A stretch of DNA of 64,000 nucleotides, from the sequence record MK327934.1. The stretch is one strand, 5' to 3'. Position numbers and translations under genes: made by a program. The notes beneath the pieces are model-generated. The model did not search any database, was not told the origin of the DNA, and was given only the letters and a program-made list of their open reading frames with translations. Below, one piece after another: positions 17,202-29,232 of the stretch. Position 1 is the first letter of the stretch. Each line of letters begins with the position of its first letter. This stretch comes from Escherichia phage vB_EcoM_G2469.

Positions 17202-18934
17202 TGGAAATGATTAGCAGTAGCCTTAATTGGTTCGTGGGTGTTGTCGAGGACAGAATGGACCCATTAAAACAAGGGCGAGTTCGAGTGCGAGTAGTTGGGC
17301 TTCATCCCGCGCAGAGAGTACAAGGCGATGTGCAGGGTATTCCTACAGAAAAACTTCCATGGATGACTGTTATTCAACCTATTACGTCTGCATCAATGTC
17401 AGGTATTGGTGGTTCTGTTACAGGTCCTGTTGAAGGAACTCGAGTATATGGTCATTTCTTAGACAAATGGAAAACAAACGGGATTGTACTTGGTACATAT
17501 GGCGGAATCGTACGTGAAAAGCCTAATAGACTTGAAGGTTTTTCAGACCCGACAGGCCAGTATCCGCGACGTTTAGGTAATGATACGAACGTATTAAACC
17601 AAGGTGGTGAAGCTGGTTATTATTCGAACTCTAACGTAATTCAAGATAACAACTTAGATTATGGTATAAACCCAGACGATACAGATTTAGCAAATATTCC
17701 AGAAGATGATGACCCTAATTTTACAATAACAGAAATGTTACGTCGTGACGAAGGTCTTCGTGATAAAGTGTATTGGGACCATCTCGGGTATCCTACCGTA
17801 GGTATTGGACACCTTATCGTAATGGAAAAGACCCGAGATATGTCTCGAATTAATAAATTGTTATCTGACCAAGTAGGGCGTGAAGTAACAGGAAATCCAG
17901 GGACTATTACATTAGAAGAAGCAACAGCGTTATTTGAGAAAGACCTTGCTAAGATGCAGAAAGACATTCGTTCTAATTCTAAAGTAGGTCCTGTTTATGC
18001 TAAAATGAACAGGTCTCGTCAAATGGCATTAGAAAACATGTGTTTCCAAATGGGCGTTGGTGGTGTAGCAAAATTCAATACTATGCTTAACGCAATGGCC
18101 ATAGGTGATTGGAAAACTGCATACAAATCTGGGCGCGATTCATTATGGTTCCAACAGACTAAAGGACGCGCTTCACGTGTAACAACAATTATTTTAACCG
18201 GTAACATGGAATCATACGGTGTTCCTGTTAAAACACCGCCTTCACCAGGAGTTGGTGCCGATTTAGTTACTAGAAATACCGATCCAGAAGACCCAGCTGG
18301 TCCTCCTGTTCCATTAGATTCACGCATCCTTTTTAAAGAACCTGAATCAAGTTATCGTGGTGAGTATCCATACGTTCATGCTATGGAAACAGAAAGTGGT
18401 CATATCCAAGAATTTGACGATACTCCAGGTAATGAACGTTATCGCTTAGTTCATCCAACAGGGTCATATGAGGAAGTTTCTCCGTCTGGGCGTCGTACTC
18501 GTAAAACTGTAGAAGACCTTTTTGACATCACTAATGGTGATGGGAACTTCTTGATTTCTGGCGATAAGCTTGTTAACGTTGGTGCTAATGAAATATATTA
18601 TAACATGGCAGACCGCCTCCATCAAATAGACGGCAATGACACAATCTTTATTCGTGGTAACCAATCTAAAACTGTTGAAGGCGATGGAACTCTTTACGTT
18701 AAGGGTAATATCAAAATAGTTGTTGATGGAAATGCAGATATTCTTGTTAAAGGTGATGCTAAAACTCAGGTCGAAGGGAATCATGATTACACCGTCAACG
18801 GAAACGTTAAATGGACTGTTAATGGTAATGTTGATATGACTGTTGCCGGTGATTGGGCAGAAACAATGTCTACAATGAGCTCAGTAGCTTCAGGACAATA
18901 CACTGTTGACGGATCTCGTATTGATATCGGGTAA
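17201..18934 (+). CDS. 5: baseplate hub subunit and tail lysozyme gp5
   Basis: 577 aa; OB-fold N-terminus, internal lysozyme domain, C-terminal beta-helix VxGxxxxx repeats. Confidence 0.96.
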   Translation: MEMISSSLNWFVGVVEDRMDPLKQGRVRVRVVGLHPAQRVQGDVQGIPTEKLPWMTVIQPITSASMSGIGGSVTGPVEGTRVYGHFLDKWKTNGIVLGTYGGIVREKPNRLEGFSDPTGQYPRRLGNDTNVLNQGGEAGYYSNSNVIQDNNLDYGINPDDTDLANIPEDDDPNFTITEMLRRDEGLRDKVYWDHLGYPTVGIGHLIVMEKTRDMSRINKLLSDQVGREVTGNPGTITLEEATALFEKDLAKMQKDIRSNSKVGPVYAKMNRSRQMALENMCFQMGVGGVAKFNTMLNAMAIGDWKTAYKSGRDSLWFQQTKGRASRVTTIILTGNMESYGVPVKTPPSPGVGADLVTRNTDPEDPAGPPVPLDSRILFKEPESSYRGEYPYVHAMETESGHIQEFDDTPGNERYRLVHPTGSYEEVSPSGRRTRKTVEDLFDITNGDGNFLISGDKLVNVGANEIYYNMADRLHQIDGNDTIFIRGNQSKTVEGDGTLYVKGNIKIVVDGNADILVKGDAKTQVEGNHDYTVNGNVKWTVNGNVDMTVAGDWAETMSTMSSVASGQYTVDGSRIDIG

Positions 18935-18937
18935 TAT

Positions 18938-19453
18938 ATGGCACAAATACTTCCTTTAAATACCGACTTAGGAGAAGACATGGAAGGGGCGTCTATTGAC
19001 GTCCTTTTTACTCCACAGTTAGAAACAACCGAAACTTTAGTGTCAATAAATATAACAGATTATGAACCGACACAAGGCATTACGGTAGATGGTAATCGTT
19101 TATATGGAACATATGAAAGTGTGTTTAGCTTTTCTTCGGATGCATTGAAATACCGATTAAATGATGATTTTGAAACCGCATCTTCATGGGATGATTTACC
19201 AAAAGATGAATCCACACAGTTATATTTGTGGAGAGCTCCTCAGAATCTTCGTAAAGTGTTTAGTTATACGGTTGAAATGATTTATAACCACCAAGAAGAA
19301 AGTTCATCAGGCGGTTCTAGAAGTGACTCTGGTACAGAACCTCCACCGGCTCCAGTACAAAAAACTCTTACTAAAGTTTATACAAAAACTATAGTAGGAA
19401 ATTGGAGCAAATGGGCTCATCAATTACGAAACTATGTTTATGAGAGGCCGTGA
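18938..19453 (+). CDS. hypothetical protein between gp5 and the PAAR tip (5.1-like)
   Basis: 171 aa ORF, synteny. Confidence 0.7.
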   Translation: MAQILPLNTDLGEDMEGASIDVLFTPQLETTETLVSINITDYEPTQGITVDGNRLYGTYESVFSFSSDALKYRLNDDFETASSWDDLPKDESTQLYLWRAPQNLRKVFSYTVEMIYNHQEESSSGGSRSDSGTEPPPAPVQKTLTKVYTKTIVGNWSKWAHQLRNYVYERP

Positions 19454-19455
19454 AA

Positions 19456-19749
19456 ATGTCTGGATTAAGTTACGACAAGTGCGTTACAACAGGTCATGAA
19501 GCATGGCCTCCTACTGTAATAAATGCTTCCCAATCTAAAGTGTTCACCGGCGGTATTCCTGTTCTTGTGGCAGGAGACCAAATAACACCTCATACAGAAA
19601 TTAAAAACCCATACGAGACTCATGGAGGTGTTACTGAACCTCGTACATCTAAAGTATACGTCACCGGTAAAAAGGCCGTTCAAATGGCTGACCCAATTTC
19701 ATGCGGGGATACTGTTTCTCAGGCCTCGTCAAAAGTCTTTATCAAATAG
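19456..19749 (+). CDS. 5.4: PAAR-repeat spike tip protein gp5.4
   Basis: 97 aa from the ATG at 19456 (track start is GTG); PAAR-like fold, position after gp5. Confidence 0.85.
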   Translation: MSGLSYDKCVTTGHEAWPPTVINASQSKVFTGGIPVLVAGDQITPHTEIKNPYETHGGVTEPRTSKVYVTGKKAVQMADPISCGDTVSQASSKVFIK

Positions 19750-19757
19750 GAATTAAA

Positions 19758-21731
19758 ATGGCAAACACTCCTGTAAATTATCAGTTAGTCAGAACAGCGA
19801 ATGCTATTCCCGAGATTTTTATCGGGGGCACATTTGCCGAAATCAAACAGAACATTATTGAATGGCTCAATGGGCAGAATGAATTTCTTGATTATGATTT
19901 TGAAGGTTCGCGTTTAAACGTATTGTGTGACCTTTTAGCATATAACACTCTTTACATCCAACAGTTTAGTAATAGCGCAGTGTATGAAAGTTTTATGCGC
20001 ACTGCAAACTTGCGTAGTTCTGTTGTACAAGCGGCTCAAGATAACGGATATCTGCCTTCATCTAAATCAGCAGCACAAACAGAAATTATGCTCACATGTA
20101 CGGATGCATTAAATAGAAACTATATCACCATTCCACGTGGCACTCGTTTCTTAGCATACGCTAAAGATACTTCTGTTAACCCGTATAACTTTGTTTCTAC
20201 TGAAGATGTCATTGTAGTTAAAGACAAAAATAACCAATATTTTCCACGTCTTCGATTAGCTCAAGGACGTATTGTTCGCACTGAATTAACATTTGATAGA
20301 TTAAAACCTATCATTATTCGTGATAAGAATATTGACCGTAATTTGGTTAAGTTGTATGTTGACGGAGCAGAATGGATTAACTGGACTCGTAAGTCGATGG
20401 TTCACGCTGGTTCTACGTCAACAATCTATTATATGCGTGAAACAGTTGATGGGAACACCGAATTTTATTTTGGTGAAGGCGAAATCTCTATTAACACATC
20501 AGAAGGTGCGTTAACATCTAACTATATTGGTGGCCTTAAACCTGTTCAGGGTTCTAAAATCGTAATTGAGTATATTTCTACTAATGGCGCAGATGCTAAC
20601 GGTGCTGTAGGATTTTCTTATGCTGATACATTAGCTAATATCACGGTAATCGATATTAATGAGAACCCTAGCAATAACCCAGACTTTGTCGGGGCTGATG
20701 GTGGCGGTGACCCTGAAGATATTGAACGTATTCGAGAATTAGGCACAATTAAACGCGAAACTCAACAACGTTGTGTAACCGCTTCCGACTATGACACATT
20801 CGTCTCTGAGCGGTTTGGTTCTATTATTCAAGCGGTTCAAACATTCACAGATTCATCTAAACCAGGGTACGCATATATTGCTGCTAAGCCTAAATCTGGA
20901 TTGTATTTGACTTCTGTTCAACGCGACGACATCAAAAACTATTTAAATGATTATAACTTAGGGACTATTACACCTGTTGTTATTTCGCCTGATTATTTGT
21001 TTATCAAAATGAATATCAAAGTTACATACGCGTTGAATAAACTTCAAGAATCAGAGCAATACCTTGAAGGGCAGATTATTAATAAAATAGACCGTTATTA
21101 TATTGAAGATGTAGAAATTTTTAACTCATCGTTTGCAAAATCTAAAATGCTAACTTATGTCGATGATGCAGATATTTCTATTATTGGTTCTTCGGCTACT
21201 ATTCAAATGGTTCGCGAAGTACAAAACTTTTATAAAACGCCTGAGGCCGGTATTAAATACAATAATCAGATTAAAGATAGATCGATGGAATCTAATATAT
21301 TCTCGTTTGATTCGCACAGACCTAATCCAGAAAATGCAAACGAAACTATTAAATATGGTGTTCGCATAGTATCTTCTGACCGTAATGACCGTGGCATAGG
21401 TCAAGTTATTATTGGTCCATTTGCAGACGGCGATGTTGTTGAAAACGAAAATATACAACCTTATACAGGTAATGATTTTAATAAACTTACTGTTACTGAC
21501 GGACGAAACAAATACTATTCAATTGGTGAAGTGAATTATCCTGCCGATTCGATTTATTGGAACATTGCTAAAATCGACCTCACTTCAGATCGTTTTGAAG
21601 TTCAAACAATTGAACTTTATTCCGACCCTGCAGATGATATTATTTTTACAAAGGATGGTTCTTTAATCGTATTCGAAAATGACTTACGTCCTCAGTACTT
21701 AACTATAGATTTGGAGCCTATTTCACAATGA
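19758..21731 (+). CDS. 6: baseplate wedge subunit gp6
   Basis: MANTPVNYQLVRTANAIPEIF...; ATG at 19758. Confidence 0.94.
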   Translation: MANTPVNYQLVRTANAIPEIFIGGTFAEIKQNIIEWLNGQNEFLDYDFEGSRLNVLCDLLAYNTLYIQQFSNSAVYESFMRTANLRSSVVQAAQDNGYLPSSKSAAQTEIMLTCTDALNRNYITIPRGTRFLAYAKDTSVNPYNFVSTEDVIVVKDKNNQYFPRLRLAQGRIVRTELTFDRLKPIIIRDKNIDRNLVKLYVDGAEWINWTRKSMVHAGSTSTIYYMRETVDGNTEFYFGEGEISINTSEGALTSNYIGGLKPVQGSKIVIEYISTNGADANGAVGFSYADTLANITVIDINENPSNNPDFVGADGGGDPEDIERIRELGTIKRETQQRCVTASDYDTFVSERFGSIIQAVQTFTDSSKPGYAYIAAKPKSGLYLTSVQRDDIKNYLNDYNLGTITPVVISPDYLFIKMNIKVTYALNKLQESEQYLEGQIINKIDRYYIEDVEIFNSSFAKSKMLTYVDDADISIIGSSATIQMVREVQNFYKTPEAGIKYNNQIKDRSMESNIFSFDSHRPNPENANETIKYGVRIVSSDRNDRGIGQVIIGPFADGDVVENENIQPYTGNDFNKLTVTDGRNKYYSIGEVNYPADSIYWNIAKIDLTSDRFEVQTIELYSDPADDIIFTKDGSLIVFENDLRPQYLTIDLEPISQ

Positions 21732-24700
21732 CAGTAAAAGCGCCAGCAGTCACAAGTCTCAGAATATCCAAGTTGTCCGCTAACCAAGTTCAAATACGCT
21801 GGGATGACGTTGGTGCTAATTTCTACTATTTCGTAGAAATCGCTGAGACTAAAACGGCAGACGGGGGAATAATTCCCCCTGCCAGCTACAGATGGATAAA
21901 TTTAGGATATACTCCTAATAGCAACTGGTTCGAAAGTAGCTTAGACCCATTAACTTCTTATATTATTCGTGTATCAACTGCCGCCGAAGGCTTCGAGAGA
22001 TCTGATTGGGTATATACCGAAATATTTGAATCATTTCAGACTAACGCGTATACATTTCAACATATGATTGAAATGCAATTGGCTAACACTTTTATTAGAG
22101 AAAAATTTACAAATAACAACATGGCTTATGTCGATTTTAATAACGACACTATAATGGCAGCTCTAATGAATGAATCGTTCCAATTTAGCCCTGCTTATGC
22201 GGATATTTCATCTATTAAAAATTTCATTATTGGCGAAAATGAGTATCATGAAATTCAAGGTTCGATTCAACAGGTGTGTCATGATATAAACCGTGTTTAT
22301 TTGATGGAATCCGAAGGAATTCTTTATTTGTTTGAACGGTATCAGCCTGTGGTTAAAGTCTCTAATGATAAGGGACAAACCTGGAAATCGGTTAAATTGT
22401 TTAATGACCGTGTAGGGTACCCTGTATCAAGAACAGTGTATTACCAGACAGGTTATACCACGTATGTTCTTGGGTATGATAAATTATTTTACGGCCGTAA
22501 ATCAACTGACGTTCGTTGGTCTGCTGATGATGTGAGATTTAGTTCCCAAGATATAACATTTGCTAAAATCGGCGACCAGTTAAATTTAGGATATGATGTA
22601 GAAATATTTGGTAACTATGCATCATTACCTGCTAACGTATCACGTATTGCAGAAGCTATCGTTTGCAATGACGATTATGTATACGTTGCTGCTCGAGATA
22701 AAGTTCGTTTTATTAAAACTAGTAATGCCCCTATCGATTCAGACCCGTTATCTCCGACATATTCCGAACGTTTGTTTGAACAAGAAACATTTAACATCAC
22801 AGGTAACCCTAAGGCAGTTTGTTATAAAATGGATTCTGTCGGTGGTAAAATATTTGCACTGATTATCGGTGAAGTTGTTAATCTTAACGATGACCCGAGG
22901 ACCACTCCTATTGTTGATTCTGCTGATAAGGGTGTTTACGTTCTAGACCATGATGCTGGCACATTTAAACGTGTGTTTGGTAATACTGAAGAAGAACGTC
23001 GTCGTATTGAACCTGGGTACACCAGTATGTCTACTGATGGTGTTGAGTTATCTATTTCATCTAGTAATTTTAAATTTCTAGAATCTGATATTGTTGATGA
23101 CCCAAAAACACAAATCAAGTACGGTTTAATCGGTGCTGTTAAATATGAGTATCCTAGTGAATGGCTGGCTGATAAACATTATCATATGATGGCATTTATT
23201 TCAACTGAAGACTCTCAATGGGAATCGTTCACTCCCCAACCAATGGAATACTATGCTGAGCCATTCTTTAGTTATTCTAGAAAGTCTGGTACTCGTTGTT
23301 GGATTAATAACTCAGACAAAGCCGTTGTAATTTATTCTGATTTACTTTACACTAAGGTTATTGAGAATCATCCACTTAGTTCTTTAGACCGTGAAGTTCA
23401 TGAATATTGGAAGGATGGCGACTGTACAATAGTGATGCCTAACGTAGATTTCACCGGATTTAAAAAATATGCATCCGGCATGATTTTCTATAAATCATCA
23501 GGTGAGATTATTTCTTATTATGATTTTAGTTATCGTGTTAGAGATAATGTTTCTATAATTTGGAAGCCTACTAATATATTCTTAACAGCATCGTTACAAA
23601 ACCAAGAAAAAGATACCACATGGACTCCTGTAGAAGAGAACGGCATTGCGGACCCAGATTTACGACCATTGCTCACTACAATGATGCCGGAGTCTTATCT
23701 TTTAGATAATACAAACTTCGAAGCATTCTGCGAGGCTTATATTCAGTATCTTTCTGACGGCTATGGGACCCATTATAACAACCTTTTAAATCTTATTAAA
23801 AATCAATATCCGCGCGAAGAACATGCGTGGGAATACTTATGGTCTGAGATTTATAAACGAAACATTTACTTAAACGCCGAAAAACGCGATTTAGTGTCTC
23901 GTTTCTTTGAATCAAGAAGTTATGACTTCTATTCAACTAAAGGAACTGAAGCATCATATAAATTCTTGTTTAAAGTGCTTTATAACGAAGATGTTGAAAT
24001 TGAAATTGAATCTAGTTCCGGGACCGAATATGATATCATCATTGAATCTGATTCGTTGACAGAAGATTTGGTCGGACAAACCATATATACCGCGACAGGA
24101 CGTTGTAATGTGACGTATATCGAGAGAAGTTACTCTAAAGGTAAATTACAATGGACTGTAACAATTCACAACCTTTTAGGACGTTTAATCCAAGGTCAAG
24201 AAGTTAAAGCTGAAAGACTCCCGGGTTTTGAAGGTGAAATTGTTCGTGGTATTAAAGGTAAAGAGCTTTCTCAGAACAACATCGATTACATAAATCGTGG
24301 TAGAGCATACTACGTAATGAAGATTAAATCTAAACTTCCATCATCTCGTTGGAAATCAGACGTATTACGTTTTGTTCATCCGGTTGGATTTGGATTTATC
24401 GCAATTACCCTTCTCACAATGTTTATTAACACCGGATTAACACTTAAACATGTTGAAACCATTATTAATAAATACAAAAACTATAAGTGGGATTCTGGAT
24501 TACCGACTAAATATGCAGACCGAGTGGCTAAATTAGACCCACAAGGAAATGTTGAGTTTAACCCTATTACAGGTGAAGCGATATACGAAATAGGCCCTAT
24601 GGCTGGTCAAGATTATCCATTGCCTGAAGATTATAACGCTGAAAACAATAACTCCATATTTCAAGGTCAACTTCCATCGGAACGACGTAAACTGATGAGC

Positions 24701-24826
24701 CCATTATTTGATGCGTCCGGAACAACATTCTCTAGATTTAGAGATTTGGTTGAACAACGGTTAATCGATAATGTAGGAAATCCAAGAGACCCCGTGAATC
24801 CACCACAGGTTAAATTAGATGAATGA
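21728..24826 (+). CDS. 7: baseplate wedge initiator gp7
   Basis: 1032 aa, same length as T4 gp7, synteny. Confidence 0.94.
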   Translation: MTVKAPAVTSLRISKLSANQVQIRWDDVGANFYYFVEIAETKTADGGIIPPASYRWINLGYTPNSNWFESSLDPLTSYIIRVSTAAEGFERSDWVYTEIFESFQTNAYTFQHMIEMQLANTFIREKFTNNNMAYVDFNNDTIMAALMNESFQFSPAYADISSIKNFIIGENEYHEIQGSIQQVCHDINRVYLMESEGILYLFERYQPVVKVSNDKGQTWKSVKLFNDRVGYPVSRTVYYQTGYTTYVLGYDKLFYGRKSTDVRWSADDVRFSSQDITFAKIGDQLNLGYDVEIFGNYASLPANVSRIAEAIVCNDDYVYVAARDKVRFIKTSNAPIDSDPLSPTYSERLFEQETFNITGNPKAVCYKMDSVGGKIFALIIGEVVNLNDDPRTTPIVDSADKGVYVLDHDAGTFKRVFGNTEEERRRIEPGYTSMSTDGVELSISSSNFKFLESDIVDDPKTQIKYGLIGAVKYEYPSEWLADKHYHMMAFISTEDSQWESFTPQPMEYYAEPFFSYSRKSGTRCWINNSDKAVVIYSDLLYTKVIENHPLSSLDREVHEYWKDGDCTIVMPNVDFTGFKKYASGMIFYKSSGEIISYYDFSYRVRDNVSIIWKPTNIFLTASLQNQEKDTTWTPVEENGIADPDLRPLLTTMMPESYLLDNTNFEAFCEAYIQYLSDGYGTHYNNLLNLIKNQYPREEHAWEYLWSEIYKRNIYLNAEKRDLVSRFFESRSYDFYSTKGTEASYKFLFKVLYNEDVEIEIESSSGTEYDIIIESDSLTEDLVGQTIYTATGRCNVTYIERSYSKGKLQWTVTIHNLLGRLIQGQEVKAERLPGFEGEIVRGIKGKELSQNNIDYINRGRAYYVMKIKSKLPSSRWKSDVLRFVHPVGFGFIAITLLTMFINTGLTLKHVETIINKYKNYKWDSGLPTKYADRVAKLDPQGNVEFNPITGEAIYEIGPMAGQDYPLPEDYNAENNNSIFQGQLPSERRKLMSPLFDASGTTFSRFRDLVEQRLIDNVGNPRDPVNPPQVKLDE

Positions 24827-25823
24827 TTCAAGTGTTATCTATCGTGCAATAGTTACATCAAAATTTAGAACAGAAAAAATGCTGAATTTTTATAATTCAG
24901 TTGGGGATGGAGATGATAAGAACTCCATTTATATTACGTTTGGACGTTCAGAGCCTTGGGCGTCAAATGAAAATGAGGTGGGCTTCGCCCCACCTTATCC
25001 TACAGATTCTGTTCTTGGTGTTACTGATATGTGGACCCATATGATGGGCACCGTTAAAGTTTTACCTTCAATGTTAGATTCTGTTATTCCTAGACGTGAT
25101 TGGGGAGATGTGCGATATCCAGACCCTTACACGTTTAGAATTAACGATATAGTCGCATGTAATACTGCTCCGTACAACGCGACAGAAGTTGGAGCCGGTT
25201 GGTTAATTTACCGTTGTTTAGATGTCCCTGACGTAGGGCTCTGTTCAATAGAATCTTTAGATAATAAAGATGAATGTCTTAAATTGGGTGGTAAATGGAC
25301 TCCGTCTGTTCGTTCTATGTCTCCTCCTGAAGGCAGAGGCGATGCTAATGGGGTTATCGAAACCGGTGATGGATATATTTGGGAATATCTTTATGAGATT
25401 CCTGCCGATGTGTCAATTAACCGTTGCACTAACGAATATCTTGTAGTTCCATGGCCGGAAGAAATTAAAGAAGACCCTACGCGTTGGGGATACGAAAATA
25501 ACTTAACTTGGCAACAAGATGACTATGGCTTGATTTATCGTGTTAAAGCTAATACGATGCGGTTTAAAGCATATTTTGATTCTGTTTATTTCCCTGAGGC
25601 AGCTTTGCCTGGTAACAAGGGTTTTAGACAGATATCAATTATCGCAAACCCGTTAGAAGCTAAGAAAAATCCAAATGACCTTAATGTTAAAGCAGAAAAG
25701 GATTATTACGACCCTAGAGACCTGCAACGTCATTCTGGTGAAATGATTTATATGGAAAACCGACCACCTGTTATTATGGCAATGGACCAAACAGAAGAAA
25801 TTAACATTTTGTTTATGTTTTAA
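24819..25823 (+). CDS. 8: baseplate wedge subunit gp8
   Basis: 334 aa, synteny. Confidence 0.94.
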   Translation: MNDSSVIYRAIVTSKFRTEKMLNFYNSVGDGDDKNSIYITFGRSEPWASNENEVGFAPPYPTDSVLGVTDMWTHMMGTVKVLPSMLDSVIPRRDWGDVRYPDPYTFRINDIVACNTAPYNATEVGAGWLIYRCLDVPDVGLCSIESLDNKDECLKLGGKWTPSVRSMSPPEGRGDANGVIETGDGYIWEYLYEIPADVSINRCTNEYLVVPWPEEIKEDPTRWGYENNLTWQQDDYGLIYRVKANTMRFKAYFDSVYFPEAALPGNKGFRQISIIANPLEAKKNPNDLNVKAEKDYYDPRDLQRHSGEMIYMENRPPVIMAMDQTEEINILFMF

Positions 25824-25826
25824 TTA

Positions 25827-25844
25827 GGGAGCCTTCGGGCTCCC
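25827..25844 (+). terminator. rho-independent terminator after gene 8
   Basis: GGGAGCCTTCGGGCTCCC followed by AATTTT. Confidence 0.7.
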
Positions 25845-25855
25845 AATTTTGTATC

Positions 25856-25863
25856 TATAAATA
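25856..25863 (+). promoter_or_regulatory. T4-type late promoter for gene 9
   Basis: TATAAATA between the gp8 terminator and the gp9 ATG. Confidence 0.65.
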
Positions 25864-25895
25864 GAATATAATATCGGACAACAAAAGGCAGAATT

Positions 25896-26768
25896 ATGGC
25901 ATTTTTTAAGCAAACTCCTAAACAATTAATCGATACTGGCGAAATTGGTAATGCCTCAACAGGTGATATCTTATTCGACGGTGGTAATAAAATAAATGAC
26001 GATATCAACGCTATTTACAATGCATTTGGCGATCAACGTAAAATGGCCGTAGCAGATGGAACCGGACCTACAGGTCAAACTATTCATGCCACAGGATATT
26101 ATCAAAAAGGAAAGGCTGTTGATTATCAAACTCCTATTAAACCCGGCACCATGCATGATATTGATGCTTCTGATGGTGGTGTGATTGTTATTATTGACCG
26201 TCCTGAATTAGGTGACTCGGTAGAATTCATAAACTCTAATGGGTCTATTTCTGTTAACAATCCTTTAAGTATCCAAGTAACTGATGGTTCAATTAAAGGT
26301 GTTCTTAATAATCTTGTTATTTCCACCCCTTATACCCATGTTGTTCTTCGTTGTGTTGAACTTAATGGGCCGACTTCAGTATGGAATTATTCTACTGATA
26401 GCATGTTTGGGCAGAAAGAATCTCCTGTCGATGGAACTTGGAGTCTTACAGGAAACACAGTTTCTATTCCTCTGTTTTATCGCACGGATTATAACATGGC
26501 TAAATTGCTTGTTACATGCCAATCCGCTGACGGTAGAAAAATAAAAACATGCGAAATAAATATTCTAATAGATACAATTAACTCAGAAGTTCTTTCTACC
26601 GAATTTGCAGTAATGCGAGTTGGTAATGTAGATGAAACCGACGAGATTGCTAATATTAGCTTTAGTATTATTAACAACTTTGCTACTATGACGATTACAT
26701 CAGATATTATTGGATTACGTGCAGCAGTTAAAATTATCTCAACTCAGAAAATTGGGGTCGCTCAATAA
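25896..26768 (+). CDS. 9: baseplate wedge, long tail fibre attachment gp9
   Basis: T4 gp9-like (LIDTGEIGNASTGDILFDGGNKIN); late promoter upstream. Confidence 0.95.
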   Translation: MAFFKQTPKQLIDTGEIGNASTGDILFDGGNKINDDINAIYNAFGDQRKMAVADGTGPTGQTIHATGYYQKGKAVDYQTPIKPGTMHDIDASDGGVIVIIDRPELGDSVEFINSNGSISVNNPLSIQVTDGSIKGVLNNLVISTPYTHVVLRCVELNGPTSVWNYSTDSMFGQKESPVDGTWSLTGNTVSIPLFYRTDYNMAKLLVTCQSADGRKIKTCEINILIDTINSEVLSTEFAVMRVGNVDETDEIANISFSIINNFATMTITSDIIGLRAAVKIISTQKIGVAQ

Positions 26769-28573
26769 TGAAACAAAATATTAAAATTGGTAACGTCGTT
26801 GATGACGGACAAGGCGATTACCTTCGTCGAGGTGGTGAAAAGATAAATGAGAACTTTGACGAAATCTATTATGAATTAGGTGATGGTGAAGTTCCTTATG
26901 CCGCTGGCGCATGGAAGACTTATGATGCGGCTGATGGTCTTAATCTTAAGGCTGCTTGGGGTAAATCTTATGCAATTAATACTACTTCTGGACGGGTTTC
27001 GGTAAATCTTCCTAAAGGGACAATTGCAGACTATAATAAAGTTATTCGTGCTCGTGACGTATTTGCAACTTGGAACATTAACCCTGTTACTTTAATTCCG
27101 GCAAACGGAGACACGATTAAAGGTTCTTCATCTCCGGTAGAAATTAACGTTCAGTTCTCTGATTTAGAATTAGTTTATTGTGCTCCTGGACGTTGGGAAT
27201 ACATCAAGAACAAACAAATTGACAAAATAGTTAGCTCTGACATTAGTAACGTTGCTCGTAGAGAATATCTGGTTGAAACCCAAGGTCAGACCGATTTCAT
27301 GGATGTTTTTAATGGAACCTCTTATAACGTTAACAACATTCGCGTAAAACATCGTGGCAACGAATTGTATTATGGCGATGTATTCAGTGATAATAGTGAT
27401 TTTGGTTCTCCAGGCGCTAATCCTGGTGAACTGGTTGCACTTGATGGATTTAATATTAGATTACGCCAACCATGTAATGTTGGGGACACTGTACAAATTG
27501 AGACATTCCTAGATGGTGTTTCTCAGTGGCGTAGTTCATATACTCGTCGCCAAGTTCGCATTTTAGATAGTAAATTGACTGCTAAAAAGTCTATTGATGG
27601 AAGTATTTACGTCACTGATTTGAGTACGTTCCGGTCTATTCCATTTACAGCATTTGGTATTAATCCTACAGAACCACCTAACCCGAATTCGTTAGAAGTT
27701 CGCTTCAATGGTATTCTCCAAGAATTAGCTGGTACTGTTGGAACTCCTATTTTCCGTTGTGAAGGTGTGGATGCTGATTCTGAAGAGTCATGCGCTAATC
27801 TCGGTGGGACATGGACCCAATCGTATACAGATTATGCGATTGAATATACTGATAATATCCCTAGCGCAATTCTGTTTGACCGTCAATTTGAAGACCAAGA
27901 CATTATTACCATCACATGGTTTAATAACGATTTAGGAACTCTTCTTGAAATGGAAGAAATCCTTGATGTCGCTGATGAGAAATATGTTTCTCAAGGGTCT
28001 AACATTGAAATTACTGGTGACGTTGCATTAACCGATTTCGATAAAATTGGATGGCCTAATGTAGAACCTGTTCCTAAGTATGAACGTGAATTCTCGACTA
28101 TCTCAGCAATATTTGATACAATTTATCCTGTTGGGACTATTTACGAAAATGCGGTTAACCCTAATAATCCGGCCACTTATTTAGGTTTTGGTTCGTGGAA
28201 AATTTGGGGACAAGGCAAAGTATTAGCAGGTTGGAATGACGACGCGTCGGATCCTAATTTTGCATTAAATAATAATGACCTTGACGTCAATGGTAACCCT
28301 ACTCATACCGCAGGTGGTACTGTTGGTGTAACAACCGTCACATTAGAAAATGCTGATTTACCGGCTACACAAACCGATGAAAAGGTTCTTATTTCTGATG
28401 ATAATGGTACAGTAATTATAGGCGGTTGCCAATATGACCCGGATGAAGAAGGTCCTATTTACACTAAATATCGTGAAGACCATGCAAAGACTAACGGATC
28501 TCATGTTCCAGCGCGTTCTATAACTAATATTCAGCCATCTATAACTGTATACCGTTGGGTAAGGATTGCATAA
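26768..28573 (+). CDS. 10: baseplate wedge subunit gp10
   Basis: 601 aa, synteny; stop overlaps gp11 start. Confidence 0.94.
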   Translation: MKQNIKIGNVVDDGQGDYLRRGGEKINENFDEIYYELGDGEVPYAAGAWKTYDAADGLNLKAAWGKSYAINTTSGRVSVNLPKGTIADYNKVIRARDVFATWNINPVTLIPANGDTIKGSSSPVEINVQFSDLELVYCAPGRWEYIKNKQIDKIVSSDISNVARREYLVETQGQTDFMDVFNGTSYNVNNIRVKHRGNELYYGDVFSDNSDFGSPGANPGELVALDGFNIRLRQPCNVGDTVQIETFLDGVSQWRSSYTRRQVRILDSKLTAKKSIDGSIYVTDLSTFRSIPFTAFGINPTEPPNPNSLEVRFNGILQELAGTVGTPIFRCEGVDADSEESCANLGGTWTQSYTDYAIEYTDNIPSAILFDRQFEDQDIITITWFNNDLGTLLEMEEILDVADEKYVSQGSNIEITGDVALTDFDKIGWPNVEPVPKYEREFSTISAIFDTIYPVGTIYENAVNPNNPATYLGFGSWKIWGQGKVLAGWNDDASDPNFALNNNDLDVNGNPTHTAGGTVGVTTVTLENADLPATQTDEKVLISDDNGTVIIGGCQYDPDEEGPIYTKYREDHAKTNGSHVPARSITNIQPSITVYRWVRIA

Positions 28574-29232
28574 TGACTGTACTTAATACAAAGGCGGGAG
28601 TTATTTCCCGTCATGCTGATTTTTTGAATTACAGAAAAAATCCAGCTCAAATTGATGTTTTAAACAACCAAGCTGTAGGTTCCGTGACTATTTCTCAGTT
28701 AGCTCGTGGTTTTTATGACGCTAACGTAGAATCTGCAATAAATGATGTCCATAATATGGCACGAGCCGATATTGGTACTGTTGTCACAAACACTTCAGGC
28801 GTATCGCCTGAAGGTACAGCACAAGTTGATTATTGGACTTTTTCTGGTGATGTTCTCGACGATACTTTGGCCCCTGGAACGCCGGTCGTTATTAACGTAT
28901 TTGGACTTGCTGTTAAAGCAACAATCGGTATGACTGATAACGAATTAACGGCACAAGTTCGTATAGCTTTACAAGAAGCCATTGCTAATCAAATCGCTAT
29001 TTCTTCTTATAAAGACCATCCATCCGAAGGTAATAAACTTCAGGTGACATATTTAGATAACCAACGTCATGTGTTGCCAACATATGCTTCGTTTGGTGTA
29101 ACAATTTCGCAAGAAATTTTGTCTGAAGCAAAATCCGGATACGGAACATGGAATTTATTGGGTGCCCAAACGGTTACTCTTGATAACCATGATACTCCTA
29201 CCGTTTTCTACCACTTTGTGAGAGCCTCATGA
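28573..29232 (+). CDS. 11: baseplate wedge, short tail fibre attachment gp11
   Basis: [18 protein letters not shown]...; ATG at 28573. Confidence 0.94.
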   Translation: MTVLNTKAGVISRHADFLNYRKNPAQIDVLNNQAVGSVTISQLARGFYDANVESAINDVHNMARADIGTVVTNTSGVSPEGTAQVDYWTFSGDVLDDTLAPGTPVVINVFGLAVKATIGMTDNELTAQVRIALQEAIANQIAISSYKDHPSEGNKLQVTYLDNQRHVLPTYASFGVTISQEILSEAKSGYGTWNLLGAQTVTLDNHDTPTVFYHFVRAS